A DNA stretch of 64,000 bases from Candidatus Oxydemutatoraceae bacterium. GTDB lineage: Bacteria; Pseudomonadota; Gammaproteobacteria; Poriferisulfidales; Oxydemutatoraceae. Both the position numbers and the translations under genes were made by a program. The notes below the pieces were generated by a model. It saw only the letters and a program-made list of their open reading frames with translations. It searched no databases and was not told where the DNA came from. Position 1 is the stretch's first letter. Every line of letters begins with the position of its first letter. This document shows, in pieces, positions 33,054-43,350 of the stretch. The stretch is taken from positions 736,001-800,000 of the forward strand of contig OZ244717.1 in NCBI GenBank assembly GCA_965218975.1, in the 5' to 3' direction.

Positions 33054-34338
33054 CAGCAATGGATCGACTGCCTGGGCAACGTACAGTGCTGGTGATTTTA
33101 GATGGTTTTGGGGTGAGTCCAAGCAAGTCCAATTCGGAGCGTTTGTCGTCGGCATGATTTTAACGCCGCCGGACGTGCTTTCTCAGGTATTACTGGCGAT
33201 ACCGATTTGGATATTATTTGAACTAGGGCTATTATTCACTCGCTGGTTACCAGCAGCACAAGATACTACAGATACACGAAATAGCACGACATGACAGCAA
33301 TGGATCGACTGCCTGGGCAACGTACAGTGCTGGTGATTTTAGATGGTTTTGGGGTGAGTCCAAGCAAGTCCAATTCGGAGCGTTTGTCGTCGGCATGATT
33401 TTAACGCCGCCGGACGTGCTTTCTCAGGTATTACTGGCGATACCGATTTGGATATTATTTGAACTAGGGCTATTATTCACTCGCTGGTTACCAGCAGCAC
33501 AAGATACTACAGATACACGAAATAGCACGACATGACAGCAATGGATCGACTGCCTGGGCAACGTACAGTGCTGGTGATTTTAGATGGTTTTGGGGTGAGT
33601 CCAAGCAAGTCCAATTCGGAGCGTTTGTCGTCGGCATGATTTTAACGCCGCCGGACGTGCTTTCTCAGGTATTACTGGCGATACCGATTTGGATATTATT
33701 TGAACTAGGGCTATTATTCACTCGCTGGTTACCAGCAGCACAAGATACTACAGATACACGAAATAGCACGACATGACAGCAATGGATCGACTGCCTGGGC
33801 AACGTACAGTGCTGGTGATTTTAGATGGTTTTGGGGTGAGTCCAAGCAAGTCCAATTCGGAGCGTTTGTCGTCGGCATGATTTTAACGCCGCCGGACGTG
33901 CTTTCTCAGGTATTACTGGCGATACCGATTTGGATATTATTTGAACTAGGGCTATTATTCACTCGCTGGTTACCAGCAGCACAAGATACTACAGATACAC
34001 GAAATAGCACGACATGACAGCAATGGATCGACTGCCTGGGCAACGTACAGTGCTGGTGATTTTAGATGGTTTTGGGGTGAGTCCAAGCAAGTCCAATTCG
34101 GAGCGTTTGTCGTCGGCATGATTTTAACGCCGCCGGACGTGCTTTCTCAGGTATTACTGGCGATACCGATTTGGATATTATTTGAACTAGGGCTATTATT
34201 CACTCGCTGGTTACCAGCAGCACAAGATACTACAGATACACGAAATAGCACGACATGACAGCAATGGATCGACTGCCTGGGCAACGTACAGTGCTGGTGA
34301 TTTTAGATGGTTTTGGGGTGAGTCCAAGCAAGTCCAAT
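32893..34338 (+). repeat. 6 x 241-bp perfect tandem repeat of the tatC 3' end / gpmI 5' end junction
   Basis: Units start at 32893, 33134, 33375, 33616, 33857, 34098 (TCGGAGCG...AAGTCCAAT). Confidence 0.97.
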
Positions 34339-35799
34339 AATGCGGTTTATCTTGCCGATACGCCGCGGCTGGATGATTTGTTTGCCCGTTATCCGCACAC
34401 ATTGCTCGAAGCATCGGGGCCGGCAGTGGGATTGCCGGTCGGGCAAATCGGCAACTCCGAAGTCGGACACATCGCGATGGGGTGCGGTTGTACCATTGAA
34501 CAAGATATCGTACGGATTAATGCTGCGATTGAAGACGGCTCTTTTTTTGAGAATCCTTCATTGGTTTTTGCGATGAAAAAAATTGCCAAGGGCAATCGGC
34601 GTATGCAGCTGATTGGGTTAGTGTCGGACGGCGGTGTTCATTCGCATATCGCACATTTGAAAGCGCTGATTAAATTATGCAAGCAACATCGGGTGCGGCC
34701 GTTTTTGCATATGATTACCGACGGACGCGATACCGCGCCGCGATATGCGCAAGAGTTTATCAGTGAAGTGGAGCCATTGCTTAAATCTGCGGGCGGTGCG
34801 ATTATAACTATTATGGGGCGCTATTATGCAATGGATCGCGATCAACGTTGGGAGCGAACCGAACAAGCGTGGCGAGCGATTATATGCGCCGCGGGCGAGA
34901 AATTTATTTCTGCGATGCAGGCAGTGCATGCCGCATACGCTTCGGGTATCGGAGATGAATTTATTCGTCCCGCAGTGTTGTCGGGCGCGCAACCGCTGAC
35001 TCAAAATGATCCGTTTATCTTGTTCAATTTCAGAAACGACCGACCACGACAGTTGATGTATGCGTTGACAATGCCCGAGTTTGACAATTTTGACCGCGGC
35101 GATGCGCCTTTGGTTGATGTGACGACTATGACCGAAGTTGATAAGAAGCTGCCGAGTTTGATTGCGTTTGCGCCGATTCGCCCGAAAACTACTTTAAGCG
35201 GCGTGATCAGCGAGGCAGGATATAAGCAATTTCATTGCGCAGAAACGGAAAAATACCCGCATGTAACTTTTTATTTCAACGGCGGTGTGGAGAGTCCGCT
35301 CGCCGGTGAAGACAGAACCTTGATTCCGTCGCCGAAAGTTTCAACATACGATTTGCAACCACAGATGAGTGCGGCGGAGGTTACTGCGGCGGTGATGCAA
35401 GCGATGCGTAACCCCGAGTATGCGTTTATTGTCGTCAATTTTGCCAATACCGATATGGTCGGACATACCGCTCTTGCGGAGCCGCTGATTCAAGCGGTCA
35501 AAACGGTGGATTTTCACACCGGGCAGATTGTCGATGTGGCATTTGAGCACGACTGGGCGGTTTTGATTACTGCCGATCATGGGAATTGCGATGAGATGCT
35601 GGATCCGCAGACGCAACAACCCAATACGCAGCATACATTAAATCCGGTGCCCTGTTTAATTGTCAGTGCGCACAATTGTCAATTGGCGAGCGGATGCAGC
35701 ATCAGCAGCATCGCGCCGACGGTACTTGATTTGATGGGGCTTGAAATTCCTCGCGAAATGGAAGCGCCGTCGGTGATTGTGCGCAGTAGTGACGGTTGA
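34255..35799 (+). CDS. gpmI: 2,3-bisphosphoglycerate-independent phosphoglycerate mutase
   Basis: [41 protein letters not shown]. Confidence 0.96.
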   Translation: MTAMDRLPGQRTVLVILDGFGVSPSKSNNAVYLADTPRLDDLFARYPHTLLEASGPAVGLPVGQIGNSEVGHIAMGCGCTIEQDIVRINAAIEDGSFFENPSLVFAMKKIAKGNRRMQLIGLVSDGGVHSHIAHLKALIKLCKQHRVRPFLHMITDGRDTAPRYAQEFISEVEPLLKSAGGAIITIMGRYYAMDRDQRWERTEQAWRAIICAAGEKFISAMQAVHAAYASGIGDEFIRPAVLSGAQPLTQNDPFILFNFRNDRPRQLMYALTMPEFDNFDRGDAPLVDVTTMTEVDKKLPSLIAFAPIRPKTTLSGVISEAGYKQFHCAETEKYPHVTFYFNGGVESPLAGEDRTLIPSPKVSTYDLQPQMSAAEVTAAVMQAMRNPEYAFIVVNFANTDMVGHTALAEPLIQAVKTVDFHTGQIVDVAFEHDWAVLITADHGNCDEMLDPQTQQPNTQHTLNPVPCLIVSAHNCQLASGCSISSIAPTVLDLMGLEIPREMEAPSVIVRSSDG

Positions 35800-35817
35800 C
35801 GAATGCCTTATTTGCGT

Positions 35818-36552
35818 TCAACCGACAGTGCGCGTTGCGCGTGCGGCATAACTTTTAAGCAGGGTGACGATGCGAGCGATTGCCACATCCTTACGGATGG
35901 GAATGAAAGTGCCGTCTTTACGGATTGTGCTGCGGTATTTTTGCAATAATTCTCTTTGTAAATCGCGCGGATATTCGTCAAAGCGGCTGAGCAGTTTGCG
36001 CTGCACTTTCCCGACCACTTCAATTTCGCGTTGTCCGATAAAGAAGTATTTGCGTTCAAAATCTTTCACCTTGAGGTTGGGAAAATGGATGCGGTAGCGC
36101 ACGTCAGGGCAAGCGCGAGTGCGCCCCTCCACTTCGGATGTTTTGCCGGCGGTAACGCAAAACTTACGCGTGTATTCCAATTTTTTAGGCGTTAGTTCAA
36201 TGTCCCACCCGGCAATTGCCGTCCGTGCAAGCAAAATGTCGTCGGCAATTTTTTTCTCGGCGCGCAATGTGCGTTCCAGTTCCAAATCAGGGTCTTCGTG
36301 CGCTTGATAGCGGCCCCTTTGCCGGTTATCGGATGAAGAGTTGCCGCCGCAGATTGCTGTAACTTGTTCGTGGCTGAATCCCTTCTCTAAGTAGTAGTTG
36401 ACGTCCCCGCGTGAGCATTCCGCCGCCGTATGACTGCACGCGAACAGACACATCAGACTGCCGATGATCCGAATATGTTTTGATAAGAAATTACGTTGAT
36501 ACAAGAGACCGATCATAGGCGCACACTGTAAACAATTTTTTCGGTAGGACAA
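35818..36552 (-). CDS. Hypothetical exported protein (start uncertain)
   Basis: 244-aa ORF with signal-like N-terminus and CSRGDVNYYLEKGFSHEQVTAIC motif. Confidence 0.6.
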   Translation of the reverse strand: MSYRKNCLQCAPMIGLLYQRNFLSKHIRIIGSLMCLFACSHTAAECSRGDVNYYLEKGFSHEQVTAICGGNSSSDNRQRGRYQAHEDPDLELERTLRAEKKIADDILLARTAIAGWDIELTPKKLEYTRKFCVTAGKTSEVEGRTRACPDVRYRIHFPNLKVKDFERKYFFIGQREIEVVGKVQRKLLSRFDEYPRDLQRELLQKYRSTIRKDGTFIPIRKDVAIARIVTLLKSYAARATRTVG

Positions 36553-36643
36553 CTATGTGTTCTAACAAGAGCGGTCGACACCATCACATCAACCGGAAAA
36601 CTGATGTTCCATGTCTTCGGAGCTCTGGCAACTGAAAGCTCCG

Positions 36644-36678
36644 ACACAAAAAAACCGCCTTCGGATGGCTTTTTGTGT
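36644..36678 (-). terminator. Rho-independent terminator of cassette C
   Basis: ACACAAAAAGCCATCCGAAGGCGGTTTTTTTGTGT on the minus strand: stem plus U7. Confidence 0.75.
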
Positions 36679-36699
36679 TCCATTTGGTGGAGAGTGAAG

Positions 36700-36917
36700 T
36701 TAATGATGCAGTGCGAGCACGCCGGTATAGACGCCTACGACGCCTGCGATCGTCACGATTGCACCGATAAGGATACCGACGACCCACTGAGTCGTACTGA
36801 TTTTTGCTGGGCAATTTCGATCTTCAGCTCATGTAGTCCCTTTTCGAGCTCATACTGTCCTTTTTCAAGATTCAGCAATCGCCGGTCAACGTCTTCAAGC
36901 GTTATTTCCATATCCAT
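36700..36917 (-). CDS. Small coiled-coil protein with C-terminal TM (cassette C; frameshift in an A5 run at ~36801-36805)
   Basis: MDMEITLEDVDRRLLNLEKGQYELEKGLHELKIEIAQQ; adding one A continues into KISTTQWVVGILIGAIVTIAGVVGVYTGVLALHH*. Absent from the ORF track; paralogous to 46129 and 48290. Confidence 0.65.
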
Positions 36918-37067
36918 TCTTTTTGATTATTCCCGCATGGAAACTCACCCTGCGGGTTAAACAAATTGAGTCGCCGACCATATAAAACTAGTCATGAGAA
37001 CTCATACCGCAACGCTTATTATCATTGCATTGAATGATGACCCGAACCGTCCGGTTTGTCAAGTTTA

Positions 37068-39079
37068 TGTACGATGCCACCTTAAATGGGATTTTTGAAG
37101 GGCTTCGGGGGGAAGCGTTCGGCAGTAACATTCGGATCGGTGCTTTCTGTCCGTTGCCGGCATGAGGACGGTGCAGGGTGAGACGCGCCGCTGAAAACCG
37201 ATTGGGTTTCAGCGGCGAACGACTCGACAAGGACGTCAGGGCTGGCGCTCATTGACAGAACCAAGTCTCGTCATGGGTGAGACGCGCCCGGAAAACCAAT
37301 TGGTTTTCAGCGGTGAACGACCCGACAAGGATGTCGGGGCTGGGGCTTGTTGACAGAACCCAGTCGCGTCATGGGTGAGACGCGCCCGGAAAACCAATTG
37401 GTTTTCAGCGGTGAACGACCCGACAAGGATGTCGGGGCTGGGGCTTGTTGACAGAACCCAGTCGCGTCATGGGTGAGACGTGCCCGGAAAACCGATCGGT
37501 TTTCAGCGGCGAACGACCCGACAAGGATGTCGGGGCTGGGGCTTGTTGACAGAACCCAGTCGCGTCATGGGTGAGACGCGCCCGGAAAACCAATTGGTTT
37601 TCAGCGGCGAACGACCCGACAAGGATGTCGGGGCTGGGGCTTGTTGACAGAACCCAGTCGCGTCATGGATGACAGGCACTTTGCCGACAATCCGGCACAA
37701 TTCGCCAGCAAACACAAAATGGTTTCATCAGCTCAAAGATTTTACTGCTGCCGAGATTCGGATAAGCTTGGCGCAGGGTGGGACGCGCCCGGAAAACCGA
37801 TCGGTTTTCAGCGGCGAACGACCCGACATGGATGTCGGGGCTGGCGTTCATTGACAGAACCAAGTCTCGTCATGGGTGAGACGCGCCCGGAAAACCAATT
37901 GGTTTTCAGCGGCGAACGACCCGACAAGGATGTCGGGGCTGGGGCTTGTTGACAGAACCCAGTCGCGTCATGGATGACAGGCACTTTGCCGACAATCCGG
38001 CACAATTCGCCAGCAAACACAAAATGGTTTCATCAGCTCAAAGATTTTACTGCTGCCGAGATTCGGATAAGCTTGGCGCAGAGTGAGACGCGCCCGGAAA
38101 ACCGACTGGTTTTCAGCGGCGAACGACTCGACAAGGACGCCGGGGCTGGGGCTTGTTGACAGAACCCAGTCGCGTCATGGGTGAGACGCGCCCGGAAAAC
38201 CAATTGGTTTTCAGCGGCGAACGACCCGACAAGGATGTCGAGGCTGGGGCTTGTTGACAGAACCCAGTCGCGTCATGGATGACAGGCACTTTGCCGACAA
38301 TCCGGCACAATTCGCCAGCAAACACAAAATGGTTTCATCAGCTCAAAGATTTTACTGCTGCCGAGATTCGGATAAGCTTGGCGCAGAGTGAGACGCGCCC
38401 GGAAAACCGACTGGTTTTCAGCGGCGAACGACTCGACAAGGATGTCGGGGCTGGCGTTCATTGACAGAACCAAGTCTCGTCATGGGTGAGACGCGCCTGG
38501 AAAACCGATCGGTTTTCAGCGGCGAACGACCCGACAAGGATGTCGAGGCTGGGGCTTGTTGACAGAACCCAGTCGCGTCATGGGTGAGACGCGCCCGGAA
38601 AACCAATTGGTTTTCAGCAGTGAACGACCCGACAAGGATGTCGGGGCTGGAGCTTGTTGACAGAACCTAGTCGCGTCATGGATGACAGGCACTTTGCCGA
38701 CAATCCGGCACAATCCGCCGACAACACGGCAACAAGCGCAAAACGGTTTCACACTGAATCGGTTGCGGCCAGATCCGCTGGCGCCTCTTACGCGGCGCTT
38801 TGCCGCGATCATGTAAGGCGCTGAGGCCAGTGCGGCGATAACGCCGACGCCAGCGGTACAAAGTACTGCGACCGATCTTGAATGCGTTCGGGAGTTACAA
38901 CCCTCCCAAAATGAGGGCATCATATTTTTGTTGAGCCGTTGTGTTCATAATGGCCTCTATTTTTGAAGCAAAATTGGCTCATATAGAAACCTTTGATGCG
39001 GTGGCCGATGTGCTGATATTGCATATCGGTTACCTTTTTGAGTCGTGCCGTAAATCCCACATGTATCTGGCACTGTACA
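37068..39079 (-). mobile_element. Internally deleted IS481-family element carrying an array of 12 x 98-bp units
   Basis: Ends TGTACAGTGCC (39079) and GGCATCGTACA (37068); HTH fragment TLYRWRRRYRRTGLSALHDRGKAPRKRRQRIWPQPI; C-terminal HRPH fragment. Confidence 0.85.
37175..38680 (-). repeat. Array of 98-bp double-hairpin units with a 305-bp higher-order period (98+98+109)
   Basis: Unit carries the CCCGACATCCTTGTCGGG hairpin and GAAAACC(AATT/GATC)GGTTTTC palindrome; the 109-bp spacer encodes transposase piece LRQAYPNLGSSKIFELMKPFC. Confidence 0.92.
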
Positions 39080-39214
39080 CCTCCTTATGCCAAGAAATAT
39101 GTACAGTGCCGATATGCGCCGGACTTTTGCAGTTTGTCCGGGGGCAGTATCCGGAATAGAGGCTGTTTTGCCGGCCGCTTGCGTGCAATGGACGGTAGGA
39201 GGATAGCCGTATCA

Positions 39215-39577
39215 TCATAAATAATGCTTGCGGTGGTGCGAGCGTGTTCCGGATCGTTGCACGATCACGCCGCGAATGACCTCTAAGCTTTTTATTGCAA
39301 TGGATGGATACTCTCGGTTAACCGGTGTCAGGAAATAATTACCGTCATGGGAGCTCAGCCGGCGAAAAATGAATCCTTCGTCTTCCAGTTCGGCAACCAC
39401 GTAGTTGCCGATTTCCGCGGTGGTTGCCGGCTCTATAATAATGACACATCCGTCGGGAAATTCCGGTTCCATGCTGTCGCCGAGAGCACGCAAGGCATAC
39501 GGTTCTTTCGACGCGCAGCTCGCCTCATCTTCAGTTAGCCTAAGTTGCGAAGATGGCGTTTTCAACTCATCGCTCAT
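39215..39577 (-). CDS. Peptidase S24/LexA-like catalytic-domain protein without HTH
   Basis: YALRALGDSMEPEFPDGCVIIIEP...FRRL...L.P.N..YP. Confidence 0.8.
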   Translation of the reverse strand: MSDELKTPSSQLRLTEDEASCASKEPYALRALGDSMEPEFPDGCVIIIEPATTAEIGNYVVAELEDEGFIFRRLSSHDGNYFLTPVNREYPSIAIKSLEVIRGVIVQRSGTRSHHRKHYL

Positions 39578-40182
39578 GCGAAAACCACCCAAGTTGTCGC
39601 AATGTACTTGACGCTTTTTTTCAATACGGCGCCGCGGTGTTCATGTGTCCAAAAAGGAGGGAACAACACCCGCTTGCCTTGTTCCGGTTTAATGCGAACT
39701 TGCCGGACCAAGAATTCGGTTTCACCCCCCCGGCCGGGGATATCATTGAGATACCAAATCGCCACTAATTGACGCATACTGAAATCGTGACTGCCGCCGT
39801 CTATGTGCCAATGGTAGTACTCGCCGGGTAAGGCACGTTGTATGCCATAGCCCATATCCTTGAATTTACCTTTGAAGTATGGGAACGCTTCGCGAAACTC
39901 TCGCAAAGAATCTGCCAATGAGAGAAATAATTGCCGGTCAATCGCCTGCCAATGTTTTTTACCGCTAATAAATAAATCGGTGGAGCGTTTAATCGCGCGC
40001 ATTGTTTGACCGGTTTGTCCGGTGCGTTCTATGTATTGTTTGTCTTTAGCGGATTCAAACTTTTTAATTATCTCTTTGCACAATTCGCCGGACGAGGAGG
40101 ATTTACGCTCAAAGATGAATGTCTGCGGTGTCGGCTCGTGTAGAGTACCGAGCGATTTGTGCGTTGTAACCGGTTTAATCAT
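39574..40182 (-). CDS. 2OG-Fe(II) oxygenase family protein
   Basis: WHID (HxD), WYLND..GGETEF, FPPFWTH.HRG, KYIATTW. Confidence 0.88.
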   Translation of the reverse strand: MIKPVTTHKSLGTLHEPTPQTFIFERKSSSSGELCKEIIKKFESAKDKQYIERTGQTGQTMRAIKRSTDLFISGKKHWQAIDRQLFLSLADSLREFREAFPYFKGKFKDMGYGIQRALPGEYYHWHIDGGSHDFSMRQLVAIWYLNDIPGRGGETEFLVRQVRIKPEQGKRVLFPPFWTHEHRGAVLKKSVKYIATTWVVFA

Positions 40183-41240
40183 AGCGCTTTTGTTGCGGCG
40201 AAGTCGGCAATTTCAGTTTCCGCTTCCGCTCCTTTTCTACGGAATATATTCAGTATGGTTTGCGCGGTATTCAGCCAATACCGCATTGCTTTAGAGGTCT
40301 GTGCCGTCAGCATAGCCCAATCACCGTTTTCGTCCCATCGTTGCGCGGTCTTCTGCAACGACGGAAACAACTGCTTGCGCGTTGGGGTTTGGGTCGCAAA
40401 GTATAAATATAACGAAGGCATTGATTGATCGGCAATCAACCGCGGTAGTGTTGAAAGCATGTCTGCCAGATGATCTTTCACTGCGCGAGCGACTAATTCC
40501 GCTTTTGGATTAGTGAATCCGACCAACATTTCATGCCACTCATCGCCTAGCATTTCGCTGGCTTGCATTTCTCCCATTTCGTGCAAGATCAATGTATTGA
40601 CTTCGTTGTCGCACATTTGCTCGAGAGATTCATCCAGTTGATTGTCAAAATTATAAAAACTTAGTGCTTTCTCCATCATCCCGGGAGCACGATGCCAACG
40701 CCATTCGTTGAGTCTCTCCCATAGCATCCGTTTCAGGGATTCGCGCCGGATGAAAATAGTCTTACCCATGCTCATTGCAGGCGGCGCGGTTAAATCACGT
40801 GCGCATTCGGCATCTGCAACGAGCACGAGATAATCGCGGTGGAGCTCTTCCTTCAATAGTTGCCCCATAAAAAAGTGCGGGGTTGTCCGCAAGCCAATGC
40901 CGCCCGAATAGATATAACCCTGCGGCAGCAAAGACTGATTGATCCCGTCGGTATCGAACGGATCAAAAGTTTGCCCGTTAATAGTCAGGGACATATAAGG
41001 TTGTTCTTCGATATCCTCCCATAACTGCTCGCGCTCGGTGAGCCACGGACCGATCACTTCCTGCGGCAAAGCCTGATTGAAACGGTAGCCGTTTTCCCAG
41101 CGGAAATACTCGCGCATTTTTAGCAGATAAGTGCATAGGGTGTAGTTCGATGCATGGCGCGCATCGCTGATGTTGCAGTTATGCTGCACTGTTTCACATA
41201 ATGATGTCCATGGCGGGCCGGAAGATATTTTTCGCATCAT
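40179..41240 (-). CDS. Sfum_1244-like conserved protein
   Basis: VQHNCNISDARHA..YTLC.YLLKMREYFRWE, HEMGE, RAVKDHLAD. Confidence 0.7.
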   Translation of the reverse strand: MMRKISSGPPWTSLCETVQHNCNISDARHASNYTLCTYLLKMREYFRWENGYRFNQALPQEVIGPWLTEREQLWEDIEEQPYMSLTINGQTFDPFDTDGINQSLLPQGYIYSGGIGLRTTPHFFMGQLLKEELHRDYLVLVADAECARDLTAPPAMSMGKTIFIRRESLKRMLWERLNEWRWHRAPGMMEKALSFYNFDNQLDESLEQMCDNEVNTLILHEMGEMQASEMLGDEWHEMLVGFTNPKAELVARAVKDHLADMLSTLPRLIADQSMPSLYLYFATQTPTRKQLFPSLQKTAQRWDENGDWAMLTAQTSKAMRYWLNTAQTILNIFRRKGAEAETEIADFAATKAL

Positions 41241-41283
41241 AATGTGGATTATAATCCGCACTGGATAGAAGAGAAACACGACA

Positions 41284-41868
41284 ATGGTGCGACTCAAAAC
41301 TCGTTGGAACCAACCGCAACGTACCCGCAGCTTGCAAGATACCGGCAGTGTGGTGGCGGTGAATCTGTGGAAACTTGCTGCCGACAGTTTATTACAGATT
41401 GAAAATGAGGGGTTTGAGACACAAACCCGAATGCAGCGTCTTGATGTGATAACCGAATTGCTTGCTTATCTGCTGCATTTGCTTGATCGTGTCGCTTACG
41501 AGTATGGCGATCATGAAATCCGCGCCGCATTGGTTGGGGCAACCGCGCAAAAGTTGGTTGAGCTGGTACGCAATAACTATACTGAGATCGGTGGGGAGGG
41601 CGACTGTCGAGGAAAGTTGACCGGCTTATTGAATGCGCGCGGTACGGAGTATGCCGATTGCAGCTTTTATGAAGGCAAACCCGGATTCACGTTGCGCCGT
41701 CTGTTCGGTGAATTCGTTCAACAAGTGCTGGGCGAGAAAGATCGACGGTGGGCGTCGGACTATGTGATGGATGTGGTCGCGCCGAAAATGTACGCCGATT
41801 TACATCGTGCGATACGTTCCTTACTCTCTTCATTGCCTGCTTCCTCGCCATCCGTAGCAAATAAGTAG
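41284..41868 (+). CDS. Conserved hypothetical protein (type I recall from sulfur-oxidiser gene neighbourhoods)
   Basis: R.KTRW..., ENEGF, QRLDVI.E..AYL.H..DR, W..D.VMD..AP pattern. Confidence 0.6.
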   Translation: MVRLKTRWNQPQRTRSLQDTGSVVAVNLWKLAADSLLQIENEGFETQTRMQRLDVITELLAYLLHLLDRVAYEYGDHEIRAALVGATAQKLVELVRNNYTEIGGEGDCRGKLTGLLNARGTEYADCSFYEGKPGFTLRRLFGEFVQQVLGEKDRRWASDYVMDVVAPKMYADLHRAIRSLLSSLPASSPSVANK

Positions 41869-41871
41869 TCT

Positions 41872-42075
41872 TTACTGATTTTTCTTCGTCCAAGTTTTGA
41901 AATTGTCAGTAACTTTGTTTCGTCCGTCTTCGTAGCCGGCGGTATAGGCATCCGTTATGCGTTGAGATTCGCGTTTCGGGTGTCCCAAATAACCGCCTTC
42001 CCAGCCTAAGATATACTCGGGGTCGGTGGTGTTTTTTTCCATTTTGCTCACGGTATCGCGATAAGTTTTGTCCAT
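41872..42075 (-). CDS. Alvin_2107-like sulfur globule oxidation protein
   Basis: Y.D.V.KMEK...DPEYILGW.GGYLG.P.RE.QR.T.AY.AGYEDG. Confidence 0.75.
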   Translation of the reverse strand: MDKTYRDTVSKMEKNTTDPEYILGWEGGYLGHPKRESQRITDAYTAGYEDGRNKVTDNFKTWTKKNQ

Positions 42076-42115
42076 AAGTTTTTTTACTCCTGAAATAATA
42101 TTTTTTACAGTCCGA

Positions 42116-43282
42116 TCATCTGATTATTGCGGCATTGAATTTTTCCAGCGCCGCGCCGGAGAAAATTTTTCGGCGTACGCGATCGGCCGCTTCGGACAAC
42201 GAAACATTATGCTGTAAGTGAGTCAGTACGATGGCTCCCGCGTAAACCAAAGCATCGAATGCCGCACCTTGCGTACCCCGCAATGCCGCCAGACCGGTCT
42301 CAAGGCAGACTTCGGCAAGGGCATTAGTGTCGATATCAGCGGCAACCTCATCGCCTGTTTGGTTTGCCGACGGGATATTTTTCGGTATGGGTACCGCACG
42401 TGTTGTTTGCTCAATACCTGCTTGTTGCGGAATAACTTCGCGCAGTGTTTCGTTTTCTTGATCGTAGTATTCAAATAAGTTTGCCGCTTGTTTCAATGAT
42501 GGGATTACACCGCCTTCGACACCGCGTACAATCATTGCCGAATCGAAACCGGCCACTCGAGCAAGATGCGCGTAAACCGACGGATACGCTTTATGCACAT
42601 AGCCGGTTAGGATGTGCGTTTGCTTCCGTGCGCGAATTGGGTTGGCTAAAACTTCAACCGTTGTTAACACCGGACGCTTAACGATGCGGGCGCGTAGCGG
42701 CACTAAATTATGCAGTTGTGGGCAAAAATTCTTTTGGTCGATATAAGCCCAGCCGATATCCGGATTGGCAATTTGCCGGCAAGCATTAACGACGCTGAGT
42801 TCGGTTGCAATTCCGGCAAGGGCAAATAATTTATGTGCGGTGAGACCGAACTTTGGCCCGACGAATCGAACACCGTGTGAAACGGCCGGTAGTCCGCACG
42901 CGGCAAGTACCGCCGGAACGAACGGCGCCATCGGTACGCTGCGGGTGTAGCCGTCGTACATATCAGCGACATCAATTAAGTGATCCACCTCGGCAACTGC
43001 TTGAGGGTTGCTATCTATAATCGCTTTTAGGATTCCGCTTGTCTCATCGTCCGTTTCGCGCTTCATCCGCAAAGCAATCAGGAAAACAGCGGATTGGACC
43101 GGGTCTGCATCGCTTTGCAGGATCGCTTGGGTTGCCGCATAGGCTTCATCAAAATCCAAGTCCTTGCTGAATTCCGGACCGGTGGCCACTTTCTGAATAC
43201 AACGACGCAGAAGCAAAAAATCTTGATCAGGTTCTTTGTCTACAGGTACATTGTCGGTTTGAGTTCCCATCGGCAGAAGCAT
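42116..43282 (-). CDS. Anthranilate phosphoribosyltransferase-like (glycosyltransferase family 3) protein
   Basis: KVATGPEFSKDL, FLIALRMKRET, GYVHKAY, RGVEGG. Confidence 0.75.
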   Translation of the reverse strand: MLLPMGTQTDNVPVDKEPDQDFLLLRRCIQKVATGPEFSKDLDFDEAYAATQAILQSDADPVQSAVFLIALRMKRETDDETSGILKAIIDSNPQAVAEVDHLIDVADMYDGYTRSVPMAPFVPAVLAACGLPAVSHGVRFVGPKFGLTAHKLFALAGIATELSVVNACRQIANPDIGWAYIDQKNFCPQLHNLVPLRARIVKRPVLTTVEVLANPIRARKQTHILTGYVHKAYPSVYAHLARVAGFDSAMIVRGVEGGVIPSLKQAANLFEYYDQENETLREVIPQQAGIEQTTRAVPIPKNIPSANQTGDEVAADIDTNALAEVCLETGLAALRGTQGAAFDALVYAGAIVLTHLQHNVSLSEAADRVRRKIFSGAALEKFNAAIIR

Positions 43283-43350
43283 TGATTCGTTTGCGCATTA
43301 TAGATTGCTTAAAGATCTACATTGAAGATCAAAGTATATCTTATCAATCA

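Noticed and set aside
32893-34338. CRISPR or ncRNA array interpretation of the 241-bp repeat
   Set aside because: The unit is entirely tatC and gpmI coding sequence with no spacers.
36604-36960. 118-aa plus-strand ORF
   Set aside because: Antisense to cassette C, which has the promoter, paralogues and terminator on the minus strand.
37175-38680. CRISPR array interpretation of the palindromic repeat arrays
   Set aside because: No unique spacers, the units are 98 bp, intervening pieces are repeated transposase fragments, and there are no cas genes in the window.
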